Of a stretch of 64,000 nucleotides of DNA, positions 1 to 10,038 are shown piece after piece (the stretch's first letter is position 1; each line of letters begins with the position of its first letter). Location of the stretch: positions 80,626-144,625 of the forward strand of contig UQCQ01000001.1 in the NCBI GenBank assembly GCA_900539595.1, given 5' to 3'. The notes beneath the pieces were generated by a model. That model searched no databases. It worked only from the letters and a program-made list of their open reading frames with translations, and was not told the origin of the DNA. Position numbers and translations under genes: made by a program. The DNA comes from an uncultured Mollicutes bacterium (GTDB lineage: Bacteria > Bacillota_I > Bacilli_A > RFN20 > CAG-826).

Positions 1-622
1 TGGTCGAGGCCTTTAAGCGAGGCGGAGTCCCCGTTTTAAGACGGATGAGCTCAATCCCCATCTTTTGTAAGGATTCCGATAATCCTTTCGATGGCTTTTC
101 TCCATCGGGTCCGCCTTCAAAAACATCGCGGCCCGAAATAATTCGGCCGTTCATGTAGGTGCCCGTAGTTAAAATTACGGCCTTGGCATTTAGGGTCTTT
201 TTAGAAGAAAGAACGACCCCGTATACGCGTTTATCATCATAAAGAAGGTCTTTGACTTCTTCTTCTATGATGGTTAGATTTGGGGTTTGATCCAAAAGAG
301 ATTGGATGAAAGCGGGGTAGCCTTTTTTATCTTGCTGGGAGCGAAGGCACTGAACGCCGGGCCCTTTGCCGGTATTAAGCATTTTCATTTGCAAAGGACG
401 ATGGTCCGCTGCAATGGCCATAAGGCCACCGAGCGCATCGATTTCGCGAACAACAATCCCCTTCGCACTTCCCCCGATATGCGGGTTGCAGGGCATGTTG
501 CCAATCATCTTGCGGTTCAAAGTGATGAGCAAGGTGTTCAAGCCAAGCATCGCAGAAGCGTGGCTTGCTTCAATTCCGGCGTGTCCGCCTCCAACCACGA
601 TGACGTCAAAATCGGTTTCCAT
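1..622 (-). CDS. mnmG: tRNA uridine 5-carboxymethylaminomethyl modification enzyme MnmG/GidA, N-terminal ~207 codons; the gene runs off the window start
   Basis: Minus-strand translation from ATG 622..620 (2 nt after the sufB stop, TAACGATG) gives METDFDVIVVGGGHAGIEASHA...NMPCNPHIGG...VREIDALGG and RLKTGTPPR near nt 20-45. The FAD-binding GGGHAG motif is present. This ORF is absent from the track because it runs off the edge. Confidence 0.8.
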   Translation of the reverse strand, partial: METDFDVIVVGGGHAGIEASHASAMLGLNTLLITLNRKMIGNMPCNPHIGGSAKGIVVREIDALGGLMAIAADHRPLQMKMLNTGKGPGVQCLRSQQDKKGYPAFIQSLLDQTPNLTIIEEEVKDLLYDDKRVYGVVLSSKKTLNAKAVILTTGTYMNGRIISGRDVFEGGPDGEKPSKGLSESLQKMGIELIRLKTGTPPRLKAST

Positions 623-624
623 CG

Positions 625-2040
625 TTATCCAATGGACCCTGCCATATCCATCTTAATGAGTTGATTGAGTTCTACCGCGTATTCCATCGGAAGTTCTTTG
701 GCGAAAGGCTCAATAAAGCCCATAACGATCATCTGGGTCGCTTCTTTTTCGCTTAAACCACGACTCATCAAATAGAAAAGCTGTTCTTGATCGATTTTAG
801 AAACCGTGGCTTCGTGTTCGATATAAGAATCGTCGTTTTGGATTTCATTCTTGGGGTACGTATCCGATTTGGATTCATCATCCAAAATCAACGTATCGCA
901 TTCGATGTGCGATTTGGCTCCAATAGCCGAGGGCATCATCCTAACGGTGCCGCGGAAATTCGCGACCCCACCATGATGGACGACGGATTTGGAAACAATC
1001 GTCGAAGAGGTGTCTTTTCCAATATGAATCATACGGGCGCCTGAATCTTGGTACTGCCCTTTGTTTCCCACCGCGATCGTTACGGTAGATCCGCGAGAAT
1101 GGTCGCCTTTTAGAATACAGGCGGGGTATTTCATGGTCGTCATCGAACCGACGTTGCCATCCACCCATTCCATGAATCCGTTTTCTTCCACGCGGGCACG
1201 TTGAGTCACCAAATTCAAAATGTTGGTTGACCAGTTTTGAATGGTCGTATAACGGACGTGGGCCCCTTTGTTGACTACGATTTCAACCACGCCCACATGG
1301 AGGGATTCCTTGTTGTAGGTCGGAGCAGTGCAGCCTTCCACGTAATGGATGTCCGCGCCTTCGTCGGCGATGATTAACGTACGTTCGAATTGACCCGTTT
1401 TTTGGTTATTGATACGGAAATAAGACTGAAGGGGCTTATCGAGTTTCACGCCCTTGGGAACATAGATGAAGCTTCCTCCACTCCAGCAGGCTCCATTTAA
1501 CGCGCTGAATTTGCTGTCGGCGACAGGAATCACCGTCCCAAAATATTGCTTAAATAAATCAGGGAAAAGTTTTAACCCCATATCGCTAGAAAGGAAGATA
1601 ACGCCCTTTTCCTGCAATTCGGAAAGCATGTTGTGATAAACGACTTCCGATTCGTATTGGGTGGAGACGCCAGAAAGGAATTTTTGTTCCGCTTCTGGGA
1701 TCCCAAGGCGGTTGAAGGTGTTTTTAACGGTCTCGGGAATCTCATCCCAAGAGGAATGTTCTCCTTCCGCCACGCGGGTGAAATAGGTATAAGAATCGAA
1801 ATCGACGTTATCAAGGGAGGGGCCAAAATCTGGCATCGGCATCTTCAAAAACTGACGGTACGCCTTTAAACGGAATTCGAGCATCCATTCCGGTTCCCCT
1901 TTGGCTTTGGAAATCTCGCGAACGACGTTTTCGTTTAATCCTTTGCCGGTGTTATAAATCGAGACGTCCTTATCGCGGAAACCATATTGGTATTCTTCGT
2001 TTAGGATATCGCTGGGTGCTGGTTTTTTCTCATTCGCCAT
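625..2040 (-). CDS. sufB: Fe-S cluster assembly protein SufB
   Basis: 471 aa with typical SufB length and motifs. It is the last gene of the sufC-D-S-U-B array. Confidence 0.9.
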   Translation of the reverse strand: MANEKKPAPSDILNEEYQYGFRDKDVSIYNTGKGLNENVVREISKAKGEPEWMLEFRLKAYRQFLKMPMPDFGPSLDNVDFDSYTYFTRVAEGEHSSWDEIPETVKNTFNRLGIPEAEQKFLSGVSTQYESEVVYHNMLSELQEKGVIFLSSDMGLKLFPDLFKQYFGTVIPVADSKFSALNGACWSGGSFIYVPKGVKLDKPLQSYFRINNQKTGQFERTLIIADEGADIHYVEGCTAPTYNKESLHVGVVEIVVNKGAHVRYTTIQNWSTNILNLVTQRARVEENGFMEWVDGNVGSMTTMKYPACILKGDHSRGSTVTIAVGNKGQYQDSGARMIHIGKDTSSTIVSKSVVHHGGVANFRGTVRMMPSAIGAKSHIECDTLILDDESKSDTYPKNEIQNDDSYIEHEATVSKIDQEQLFYLMSRGLSEKEATQMIVMGFIEPFAKELPMEYAVELNQLIKMDMAGSIG

Positions 2041-2494
2041 GGTGCTTTGCCTCCTCTTCTTGGATCAATTTGGCAAAGGCATCCCAGCCAATGGTCGCGC
2101 AATGGATGCGAGAAGGCTGACGATGGGTGTTGGCAAAGCAAAGAGCTTCATCCAAAACGGAAGCATCGTATTCTTCCTGCCCCGTAATCATCTTGGTGTA
2201 TTCCTCTTGGATTTTTTTGGCTTCTTCGTCTTTTTTGCCAATTAATAAATCGCAGAGGATATCCGTGGAAGCGGTGGAAATCGCGCAGGCGGTGCCATCC
2301 CAGCACGCATCGACGATCGTTCCATTTTCTTCCTTGAGCCAAACATCGATATCGTCGATGCAATTGACCGAGGAACTATGCGTGGAAAGATAGCCATCTA
2401 AGCTGGAGGGCTTGGCCTTATGACGCGGAGCGTTATAGTGGTCGATGATGATTTCCCGCATCATCATGGGATTGAGTTCAATTGAAGTAGGCAT
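2030..2494 (-). CDS. sufU: SufU/IscU-like Fe-S scaffold (zinc-dependent sulfurtransferase)
   Basis: 154 aa. Conserved Cys residues ([10 protein letters not shown]...C) and a HYNAPRHKA-type N-terminus. GGAGG lies 11 nt before ATG 2494. The first 17 nt overlap the sufS 3' end. Confidence 0.8.
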   Translation of the reverse strand: MPTSIELNPMMMREIIIDHYNAPRHKAKPSSLDGYLSTHSSSVNCIDDIDVWLKEENGTIVDACWDGTACAISTASTDILCDLLIGKKDEEAKKIQEEYTKMITGQEEYDASVLDEALCFANTHRQPSRIHCATIGWDAFAKLIQEEEAKHHGE

Positions 2495-3710
2495 CTAAGA
2501 AATGACCTCCATTTTTAACAGCATCGACGAGGGCGTCGATTTCTTGCTTGGTGGTGTAAAGATAAAACGAAGCGCGGACCGTGGCTACCGTCCCCAACAA
2601 GGAGGAAAGGATTTTGGCGCAGTGATTGCCCGAACGGCAGGCAATGCCACGGCTATTAAGGTAAGTTGCCGCGTCTTGGGCAAAGACCCCATTGATATTA
2701 AAGGTAACGATTCCCGCTTCGCTATCGGGATTGTAAATCGTGACTTTCCCGGTTTTTTGCAGTTCTTCGACCGCGTATTTTTTGAGTTCGCGTTCGTGCT
2801 TTTGAATGTTGTCTAGGCCGATGCTTTCCAAATATTCAACGGCGGGACGCAAAGCGCAGATTTCGGCCAAAGGTTGGGTTCCGGCTTCAAAGCGCATCGG
2901 AGGTTCCAAGAAGGAGGCTTCCCCACACATATCGAATTTGACGTTCATACCGCCACCCGTCATATAGGGCTGTGTTTGTTTTAACAAATCGTATTTGCCA
3001 TAGAGAACGCCAACTCCGGTCGGGCCGCACATCTTATGAGAACTAAACGCCAAGAAATCGCAATCGAGGTCTTGGACATCCATCTTCATGTGCGGAACGC
3101 ATTGGGCGCCATCAAGAATGAAGATGGCCCCATTTTCGTGAGCCACTTCCGCAAGCTCTTTCATCGGGGCGAGGTAGCCTAAGACGTTGGTTACCCCCGC
3201 GATGCTAACGATTTTGGTTTTAGGGGAAATGACCTTTTTAAGGTTTTCTACCGTTAAGCGACCCTCTTTGGTCAAAGGGATGAAATTCACTTGGCAGCCC
3301 GTTAGCTCGGCAACGCGGTACCACGGCAAAACATTGGAAGCGTGTTCAGCTTGGGTAATCAAAATTTCATCGTCGGGTCCGAGCTTTCTAGCGGCGTACC
3401 CATAGGCGATGAGGTTCATGCCGGCGGTATCTCCAGCAGTGAAAACCACTTCGGTGGGGTCGCAATGCAATAAATGGGCAACGGCTTTTCGGGTTCCAAG
3501 AACCTTTTGGTCCATGTTGTAGCAAAGGTCATAATCCCCACGATGGGAATTGGCCGTTTCAAACGAATAGTAACGAACCGTTTCGTTGATCACGCAGTCG
3601 GGCTTAAACGTCGTGGAGGCGTTATCGAGCCAAACAAGAGGTTTCCCCTGCATTTGAATATGGTTTCGAAGCATCGGGAAATCGGAACGGATTTTATCGA
3701 GATCCAACAT
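2478..3710 (-). CDS. sufS: cysteine desulfurase SufS (class II aminotransferase V)
   Basis: 410 aa with a PLP-lysine region (SSHKMCGPTGVGVLY) and an RSGNHCA active-site cysteine loop. Confidence 0.9.
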   Translation of the reverse strand: MLDLDKIRSDFPMLRNHIQMQGKPLVWLDNASTTFKPDCVINETVRYYSFETANSHRGDYDLCYNMDQKVLGTRKAVAHLLHCDPTEVVFTAGDTAGMNLIAYGYAARKLGPDDEILITQAEHASNVLPWYRVAELTGCQVNFIPLTKEGRLTVENLKKVISPKTKIVSIAGVTNVLGYLAPMKELAEVAHENGAIFILDGAQCVPHMKMDVQDLDCDFLAFSSHKMCGPTGVGVLYGKYDLLKQTQPYMTGGGMNVKFDMCGEASFLEPPMRFEAGTQPLAEICALRPAVEYLESIGLDNIQKHERELKKYAVEELQKTGKVTIYNPDSEAGIVTFNINGVFAQDAATYLNSRGIACRSGNHCAKILSSLLGTVATVRASFYLYTTKQEIDALVDAVKNGGHFLDAYFN

Positions 3711-4384
3711 TAGATTCCTCCTTCGATCGCCTCGTCGATACGAGAACGATCCGCTTCATCAAAATAAGTTTCGATGGGTTTTAAGTAACCCAAGGTAATG
3801 AGTCTGCGGGCTTCTTTGGAGTCCAGCCCGCGGGACATCAAATAGAACATATGGTCTTCGTTGAGTTTGCCAACGATTGCCGCGTGAGAAGCCGACACGT
3901 CATTCTCATCGATTTTTAAAATCGGAGAGCAACGGGCCAAGCAGCGAGGATCGAAAACAATGATTTTGGCCGCTTGTCGGGTTTTGGAGGCGCGAGCTCC
4001 ATGCTGAATCTGACTAACTCCGGTAAAAACTAGATGGCTTTCATTTTCGCTGATGCCGTAATTTTCCATAACCCCCTCGGTATGTGGGGCCAAATGGAAA
4101 CAGCTGGCTTCAATCGTCTTTTTATCGCTACCTTTGGACAAAACGGCGCCATGGAATTCGCAAGACGCGCCTTCTCCTTCTAGAAATACGAAAAGACGGA
4201 ACGTACCACTTCCCTTCGAGAAGTCCGCCAAGGCACCGATAAATTTGGCGTCCTTTGCAACGTGAACTTCGATATCCGCGGAAGGGAAGGAGTCAAAACT
4301 TGCAATATTAAGACGTAGTTCTTCTCCTTCTTTCACCGAATAGGAAGCGGCTTGAATATTCTGGTTGATTAAAGTCGTTTTCAT
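3710..4384 (-). CDS. sufD: short SufD-like protein (only the C-terminal half of canonical SufD)
   Basis: 224 aa. The C-terminal [10 protein letters not shown]...EARRLI motif is shared with the SufB C-terminus. Its ATG overlaps the sufC stop. Confidence 0.7.
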   Translation of the reverse strand: MKTTLINQNIQAASYSVKEGEELRLNIASFDSFPSADIEVHVAKDAKFIGALADFSKGSGTFRLFVFLEGEGASCEFHGAVLSKGSDKKTIEASCFHLAPHTEGVMENYGISENESHLVFTGVSQIQHGARASKTRQAAKIIVFDPRCLARCSPILKIDENDVSASHAAIVGKLNEDHMFYLMSRGLDSKEARRLITLGYLKPIETYFDEADRSRIDEAIEGGI

Positions 4385-5205
4385 CAGATACCCGCTTTCT
4401 CCTTGGCGGCGCAGACGCCGATGGAAACGTTATTCATGCCTGGGTTTTCTTTTTCGATTTCAATGCCGAGTTCCCGTTTAATCCATTCATATCCTTCGCG
4501 GTCAATTCGTTCAATGAGGCTAGAATCGCCATTAACGCGAATACGACCATTGATCATGATGGCTACGCGAGTGGGGTGAATCAAATCATATAAACGGGCA
4601 TAGTGCGAGATGACCAGAAATCCACGTCCCTTAGCCTGCTCTTCTTCGATGGATTTGGCGACAATATTGATGGCATCCACGTCAAGACCCGAATCGATTT
4701 CATCTAGCAAAGCAAATTTCGGATCAAGCAATTTCATTTGGAGGATTTCGTTTCGCTTCTTTTCACCACCGCTGAACCCTTCGTTCAAATTGCGATTGCT
4801 CATTTCAAAGGGAATGCCCGTTTCCTTATAAGCCTTCTGCAGTTTGGAATAGTATTCAAAAAGCGACATCGGCTTTTGACGGCGAGCATTCATAGCCGCC
4901 TTCAAAAAGTCAGCGCTGTTTACCCCGGGAATTTCGCTGGGGTATTGGAAAGCAAGAAAAATGCCGGCTTTGGAACGTTGATCAACGCTCATTGCCAAGA
5001 CGTCTTGCCCATCCAAAGTAATGGACCCTTCCGTCACATTGTAATTGGGATTTCCCATGATCGCGGCGAGTAACGTGCTCTTGCCGTGACCATTGGGGCC
5101 AAGGAGGGCCAGGGTTTCGCCTTCATTCAATTCGAGGTCGACCCCTTTCAATATTTCATGGTCTTGAACCGATACATGTAAATTTTCAATTTTTAGTGTG
5201 GACAT
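4384..5205 (-). CDS. sufC: Fe-S assembly ATPase SufC
   Basis: Walker A GPNGHGKST and signature LSGGEKKR. The track start is an upstream TTG. The ATG at 5205 has a perfect GGAGGTG 6 nt upstream. Confidence 0.9.
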   Translation of the reverse strand: MSTLKIENLHVSVQDHEILKGVDLELNEGETLALLGPNGHGKSTLLAAIMGNPNYNVTEGSITLDGQDVLAMSVDQRSKAGIFLAFQYPSEIPGVNSADFLKAAMNARRQKPMSLFEYYSKLQKAYKETGIPFEMSNRNLNEGFSGGEKKRNEILQMKLLDPKFALLDEIDSGLDVDAINIVAKSIEEEQAKGRGFLVISHYARLYDLIHPTRVAIMINGRIRVNGDSSLIERIDREGYEWIKRELGIEIEKENPGMNNVSIGVCAAKEKAGI

Positions 5206-5687
5206 AAAAAGCACCTCCAAAGGAGCCTGTCTATTTTATGCATCTAGGCATAGCCTATCAAACGAAACGATAACGTCAAACGTAAATTAAGCCCTCTTTC
5301 GTCCTAGAAACACATTTATCCGTGTTCCGTGGACAGCAAATAGAATCCCCTTCCTAAGCGAAACCAAGGCTAAAATATAATTTTCAAATCATCAAAAGAT
5401 AAATATTTTTTGTTATACATTCGCGTTCAGTATTTTTAAAAAGAAATCCGCGTTAGTTTTCAAACCTTTCTTAGTAATTAAGAATATTAGGAAGAATTTG
5501 ACGTTTTCACTCCGCTTACATTTGTCATTTTCTTATACATTAAAATTAAACTTTGAATGAAAAAACGTTTTTTAACATAATCCAACAAAATTTGACCAGT
5601 TTGGATTGAGAACAAAACCATTTGATTTCTTCTTTTTACCCCGTAAGAAATAATCCCTCATCATCCCGAATTATTTTTATTGCCTTG

Positions 5688-5703
5688 ATACTCTTAAGAG
5701 TAT
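5688..5703. promoter_or_regulatory. perfect 16-bp palindrome ATACTCTTAAGAGTAT overlapping a TATAAA -10-like hexamer, 44 nt upstream of the lipoprotein operon start
   Basis: Read directly at 5688..5703. TTGCCT/TTGATA hexamers lie just upstream and the RBS GAAGGAGG is at 5731-5738. Confidence 0.35.
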
Positions 5704-5746
5704 AAACTTCAAAGGCTACGTTCAGACGAAGGAGGAACGATTCCAC

Positions 5747-7864
5747 ATGAAGAAAACCAAACTCCTCACATGTTTAGTTAGCCTCACTGCTCTCACCACT
5801 TTGGTGGGCTGCAACGAGACCAGCTACAAAGAGGGTGTCGCGATTAGCTTCACCGATGCGAATGGCAAAGTCACGAACTATACAACCAAAGAATTGTTTG
5901 AGGACTATCAAGCCAGTAGCAGCACCGCAAGCAGCGATTTTGACAAAATCAAAGAAATTCTAATCCGTAAGTACTATCAGGATCCGAGCCGCGCCGGCGA
6001 CCTCAGCCTTTTGAAGTCCTCGGCCCAAACCAAAGTTGACGGTATCAAGAACCAAGCGGAGACCAATGCCAAAAATAACCGCACGTCTTACGCGACTGAA
6101 CTCGAAGCCTTGTTAGATGGCGAAAATGTCGACAACGTTGAAGAACTTTATCAAAAGAAACTCTACGAAGTCGAATCCGACAAATTCAACACTGACTATC
6201 AAAGCGACACCAACTTGGTGAAGATGCGTGATGGCAAGGATGCTGACGGTAATAAATTCTTCCCCGAAGACGAAAACTTCGGCAAAGGATCGGAAGGCTA
6301 TTTGAAGACCCGCATGCCGTACAACGTTTCGCACATTTTGCTCGAAGCTTCCAGCGCGAGCGAATCCGATGCCACAAGCACCGCGGTCAGCGAAACCGAA
6401 GCCAAAACCTTTGGCGATGTCATCTTGATGATGGCGGGCGCCAGCACCGTTGACAGCGATAACGGCAAGAAATCCGTCGCCGACGGACGCATGACCTTTG
6501 GCGAATTGGCCAAAACCTATTCCAAAGATACCGGATCCGCTGAAAAATACGGCAACCTCGGCATCATGGATACTTCCACTTCCTTCGTCCAAGGATTCCA
6601 ATACGGCGTTTATGCCTACGACCTCTTCTTCAATAAGAGCACGCATAAGGATGCAGATGCCAAAAAATCGGCCATTATGTATTCCGAAGACGCCAAATTC
6701 CGCAACGAAAAAGGCGAGGAAACCCTTCTTTCCGAAGCCACGGCCGCTCATGGCGTTTTAGGCGAAATCGGCACGATTCCCTTCGGTGCCGCCGTCGCTT
6801 TGGCCAATGACCAAGTCAACAAGAACTTCCCGTCGCAGCAATATCAAGTCAATGACAATGATTCGGCCTACATGCCGCGCAATGTCATTTGGAACAAATA
6901 CTTCAACTCGCACCGCATTGCCGTGATCACTCCGAACCGCATCGCCTATAACGATGTCGTCGAAGCGGGATTCACCCAAGCCAGTGAAGAAGCCGCCGCT
7001 ACCAAATATGCCGAAGCGGAAGGTTATTACAAGAAGGCCGCCGAAGACGCTGCTTGGAAAGGCACCTTAGATAACGATTACGCGAAGCTCCCCGGTTTCC
7101 AAAACAACACCAAGGACATCCTTGATGTAAAAGATGCCAGTGGCAACGCCGAAAACGTTCTCACCAACGAAAAAGGACAAATCATCCTTGCCGTTCGTGG
7201 CGATTCCGGAACCAAAGGCATCCACTTCATCGTCGTGGAACGCAGCCCGCTCATCGCTTACGCTGGATTCGACAATGGCAAATACGTCGAAACCACCGAA
7301 TCGAGTTCCAGCAAAGATATCACCTCGCTTTCTGAATACTACACCTTCGAAAACCCGGCTGAATCCAAGAGCTATCCGCAATATACGCATGGCGATACCA
7401 AAGTGAACAAGACGACCCTCATCACCATGGGCCTTGATACCACCAAGGAAAATTACAAGACCAACATCGAAGATTTGAAGAGCAAAGTCAAAGCCGCCTA
7501 TTCCAGCGACCTCGACACCTACGAAGTCCAATACCTGGTCAAAGAAACCAACGCGCAATTCAACGTGGAGAACGCCACGGTCAAAACGATCATGGATTCC
7601 GTTTATAACTATTCGAAGCAACAAAGAAAGAAGAACGCGGAAGACGCAGAAAAGTCCATCGACGAAGCCTGGGCCAAATACGCGGAATTCCTCCTTCGCG
7701 AAGACGCTTCCCGCGAAACTCGCGCCGATGGTTCCCAAAAACTCATCTCCGAAGTCGCGGCCTTGACCTACAACACCGCCGACGCCCGTGATGGAAAGAA
7801 CATCTGGGGCATCGTCACCAGCGGCACCCACGCCGGAAAACCGGGCGCCTGCTATAAGAAGTAA
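5747..7864 (+). CDS. large surface lipoprotein with an internal parvulin-type PPIase (PrsA-like foldase) domain
   Basis: Signal peptide MKKTKLLTCLVSLTALTTLVGC with lipobox LVGC. It has parvulin motifs NVSHILLEASS and FGELAKTYSKDTGSAEKYGNLGIM...FVQGFQYGVY. A strong RBS is present. Length 705 aa. Confidence 0.6.
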   Translation: MKKTKLLTCLVSLTALTTLVGCNETSYKEGVAISFTDANGKVTNYTTKELFEDYQASSSTASSDFDKIKEILIRKYYQDPSRAGDLSLLKSSAQTKVDGIKNQAETNAKNNRTSYATELEALLDGENVDNVEELYQKKLYEVESDKFNTDYQSDTNLVKMRDGKDADGNKFFPEDENFGKGSEGYLKTRMPYNVSHILLEASSASESDATSTAVSETEAKTFGDVILMMAGASTVDSDNGKKSVADGRMTFGELAKTYSKDTGSAEKYGNLGIMDTSTSFVQGFQYGVYAYDLFFNKSTHKDADAKKSAIMYSEDAKFRNEKGEETLLSEATAAHGVLGEIGTIPFGAAVALANDQVNKNFPSQQYQVNDNDSAYMPRNVIWNKYFNSHRIAVITPNRIAYNDVVEAGFTQASEEAAATKYAEAEGYYKKAAEDAAWKGTLDNDYAKLPGFQNNTKDILDVKDASGNAENVLTNEKGQIILAVRGDSGTKGIHFIVVERSPLIAYAGFDNGKYVETTESSSSKDITSLSEYYTFENPAESKSYPQYTHGDTKVNKTTLITMGLDTTKENYKTNIEDLKSKVKAAYSSDLDTYEVQYLVKETNAQFNVENATVKTIMDSVYNYSKQQRKKNAEDAEKSIDEAWAKYAEFLLREDASRETRADGSQKLISEVAALTYNTADARDGKNIWGIVTSGTHAGKPGACYKK

Positions 7865-7876
7865 GGAGAAACGAAC

Positions 7877-9553
7877 ATGAAGAAAATCAAAATCTTCTCC
7901 GCAGCCTTCCTTGCTGCGATGACCCTCGGCCTCGCTTCTTGCGGCGACGTCGAAATGAGTCTCGGAAAAGCCGATCAAAACGAGACCATCCTCAAAGATA
8001 CCGATGTCTTTGGCAATAAACTCCTTGAGATTTATGACAAAGTCGTCGTCAGTGGGGATACCAATAGCGAAAAGATCCTCAATAACGTTCTTTATCTCTA
8101 TGCCAAATCCTATTTCGGTGACTTCTTCGCGGATTATACCTGCGATACTACCGGAACTTGGAAATTAAACGACGGAGTCAAGCCGGCGGCCTTCTTCCGT
8201 GAAGGCGTCAGCGATGAAGTCGCGACGACCAAAGCCTTGGATTTCCACAATTCCATCGTGACTTCCATCATGAAGTCGTTCTGGTCCGTAGTCAGCAATA
8301 GTTCCTATCAAAAGAACCAACGCTTCCACGAAGAACGCTTCGTGGAAGCCCAGCAGGCCGAGCTTTATAAGCTCGACGATAGCAATGTCATCTTCAAAAA
8401 TGACGGCGCCATCGACGGCTCCAAGACCTACAAGGACGTCATGGGCTACTTCCACGTCCAAAACGATCAATTCTTCTCTTATTATAAGGATTATATTGAA
8501 CGTTCCTTGTTGCCGAACGCTTATCGCAAGGCTTTAGTCGAGCAATACCTCATCGACAACAACTATGGTGCTCTCGGACGTTCCTATGCCCGTAAGGTCC
8601 AATACGTTGCTTTGCCGAACCTCGACAAATATGAATCCTCCACCCGTTCTCTTGTTCGTGCCTATTGCAAGCACGTCTTGGATAAGCAGGATAGCGAACT
8701 CGGCGAATTTGCTGGCGTCTATAAAGACCTTCACTTCTTGAATCGTCTTTATTCCGGCTATTTCACCGCTGAAGAGCAAACCTCTTACGCAACGGTCTTA
8801 AATAGTATTTATAGCGAAGCCGGCTTCACCGCTGTTGCCGCTTATAACGTTACCAACGCAGATGGCGACTTGCTCTATACGACCGAAGCCACTTATCGCG
8901 AAACGACCTATGGCCAACTCGTTCTCGATTTCAAGGATCTCAGCGATTCTCGCTGGGAAACCGGATCGACCACGGACTTCACCAATTCCGGTGCTTACAC
9001 CAAAGTCACCGGCCTTGAAATGAAGACCCGCGACATTGTCGCTTCCAGCAAAGTCACCGAAGGATGGTACACCTCTTCCGGTTTGAGCGATCTTCCCTCT
9101 TCCATGAAGACCCGTTTGTTCAAGACCCAAGTGGCCAACGAAGTCGATAACCCGGCCTATGCCGACAAACCCATCACGGAAACGATTAAGGACACCTTCA
9201 CTTGGCGCGTTCAGGGCAAATATTACCTCCGCCCCGAAACGATTCAAACCGGCGAAGCCTATCCGTACGCAATGTATGATGACTCCGGCAAAACCTGGTA
9301 CATCGTCCGTGTGGACGAAGCCGTCAAATCTCCGAAGCTCCAAAGCAAAGAGAACAGCGACACCAGCTATGAAAACCGCACCTCTGGTGAAACGATGAAC
9401 CAAATCATTTGGGATATCGCGGACCTCATTGGCGATGGTGATTCCTACAAAAAGGCTGCTCGCCAGTACTTCGTGGAAAAAATGTCGATTTCCTATCATG
9501 ACGATGACGTCTATTCCTATTTCGAAAAGACGTTCCCGGACCTCTTCGACTAA
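7877..9553 (+). CDS. surface lipoprotein of unknown function, co-transcribed with the upstream lipoprotein
   Basis: MKKIKIFSAAFLAAMTLGLASCGD with lipobox LASC. It starts 13 nt after the upstream stop. Length 558 aa. Confidence 0.7.
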   Translation: MKKIKIFSAAFLAAMTLGLASCGDVEMSLGKADQNETILKDTDVFGNKLLEIYDKVVVSGDTNSEKILNNVLYLYAKSYFGDFFADYTCDTTGTWKLNDGVKPAAFFREGVSDEVATTKALDFHNSIVTSIMKSFWSVVSNSSYQKNQRFHEERFVEAQQAELYKLDDSNVIFKNDGAIDGSKTYKDVMGYFHVQNDQFFSYYKDYIERSLLPNAYRKALVEQYLIDNNYGALGRSYARKVQYVALPNLDKYESSTRSLVRAYCKHVLDKQDSELGEFAGVYKDLHFLNRLYSGYFTAEEQTSYATVLNSIYSEAGFTAVAAYNVTNADGDLLYTTEATYRETTYGQLVLDFKDLSDSRWETGSTTDFTNSGAYTKVTGLEMKTRDIVASSKVTEGWYTSSGLSDLPSSMKTRLFKTQVANEVDNPAYADKPITETIKDTFTWRVQGKYYLRPETIQTGEAYPYAMYDDSGKTWYIVRVDEAVKSPKLQSKENSDTSYENRTSGETMNQIIWDIADLIGDGDSYKKAARQYFVEKMSISYHDDDVYSYFEKTFPDLFD

Positions 9554-9572
9554 TCCAAAAACACGCTATAAT

Positions 9573-9602
9573 AAGGGACAAGCAATTGTCCCTTATTTTT
9601 AT
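9573..9602 (+). terminator. rho-independent terminator of the lipoprotein operon
   Basis: Stem AAGGGACAA, loop gcaa, stem TTGTCCCTT, followed by ATTTTTAT. Confidence 0.7.
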
Positions 9603-9619
9603 AGGGAGAAGGAGCGATT

Positions 9620-10036
9620 ATGGAAGACGTATTCTGCAAAATCATCAAAGGGGAAATCCCCTCCGCCAAAGTCTATGAAGACGATGACGTCCTCGCAATT
9701 CTTGATATTTCTCAGGCCACTCGTGGCCACACCCTCGTGATCCCGAAAAAGCATTACGATTCCTTCTTATCCTGCCCCAAGGATTTGATGATGAAGGTTT
9801 ATGCCGTGGCGCAGCGCATCGGCCAAGCGGAAATGGCCGTATTAGGAGCCAAGGGCGTGAATATCCTCACCAATTGCGGCGAAGCGGCCGGACAAAGCGT
9901 TCCCCATTTCCACGTCCATGTCATCCCGCGGTATATTCGTGGGGAAGGCGGATTCCAAATTAAAATGGCCGAGAACGACACCTCCGGAATGGATTTGCCG
10001 CGCTTGGCCTGCGATATCTCGAAAGCGATTCGCTAA
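9620..10036 (+). CDS. HIT-family (HinT-like) nucleotide hydrolase
   Basis: 138 aa with the histidine triad HFHVHVIP. RBS GGAGAAGGAG is present. Confidence 0.85.
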   Translation: MEDVFCKIIKGEIPSAKVYEDDDVLAILDISQATRGHTLVIPKKHYDSFLSCPKDLMMKVYAVAQRIGQAEMAVLGAKGVNILTNCGEAAGQSVPHFHVHVIPRYIRGEGGFQIKMAENDTSGMDLPRLACDISKAIR

Positions 10037-10038
10037 AT

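Noticed and set aside
287-664. Plus-strand ORFs 287..664 and 366..656
   Set aside because: They are antisense to the clearly recognisable mnmG N-terminus (GGGHAG, RLKTGTPPR) on the minus strand.
6113-9499. Long minus-strand ORFs (6113..6751, 7067..7978, 8165..8470, 8798..9499) rich in G/F/V/I, inside the two lipoprotein genes
   Set aside because: They lie exactly antisense to strongly supported lipoprotein genes. They have no RBS or signal features, and their low-complexity composition is typical of shadow ORFs produced by the sense-strand codon bias.
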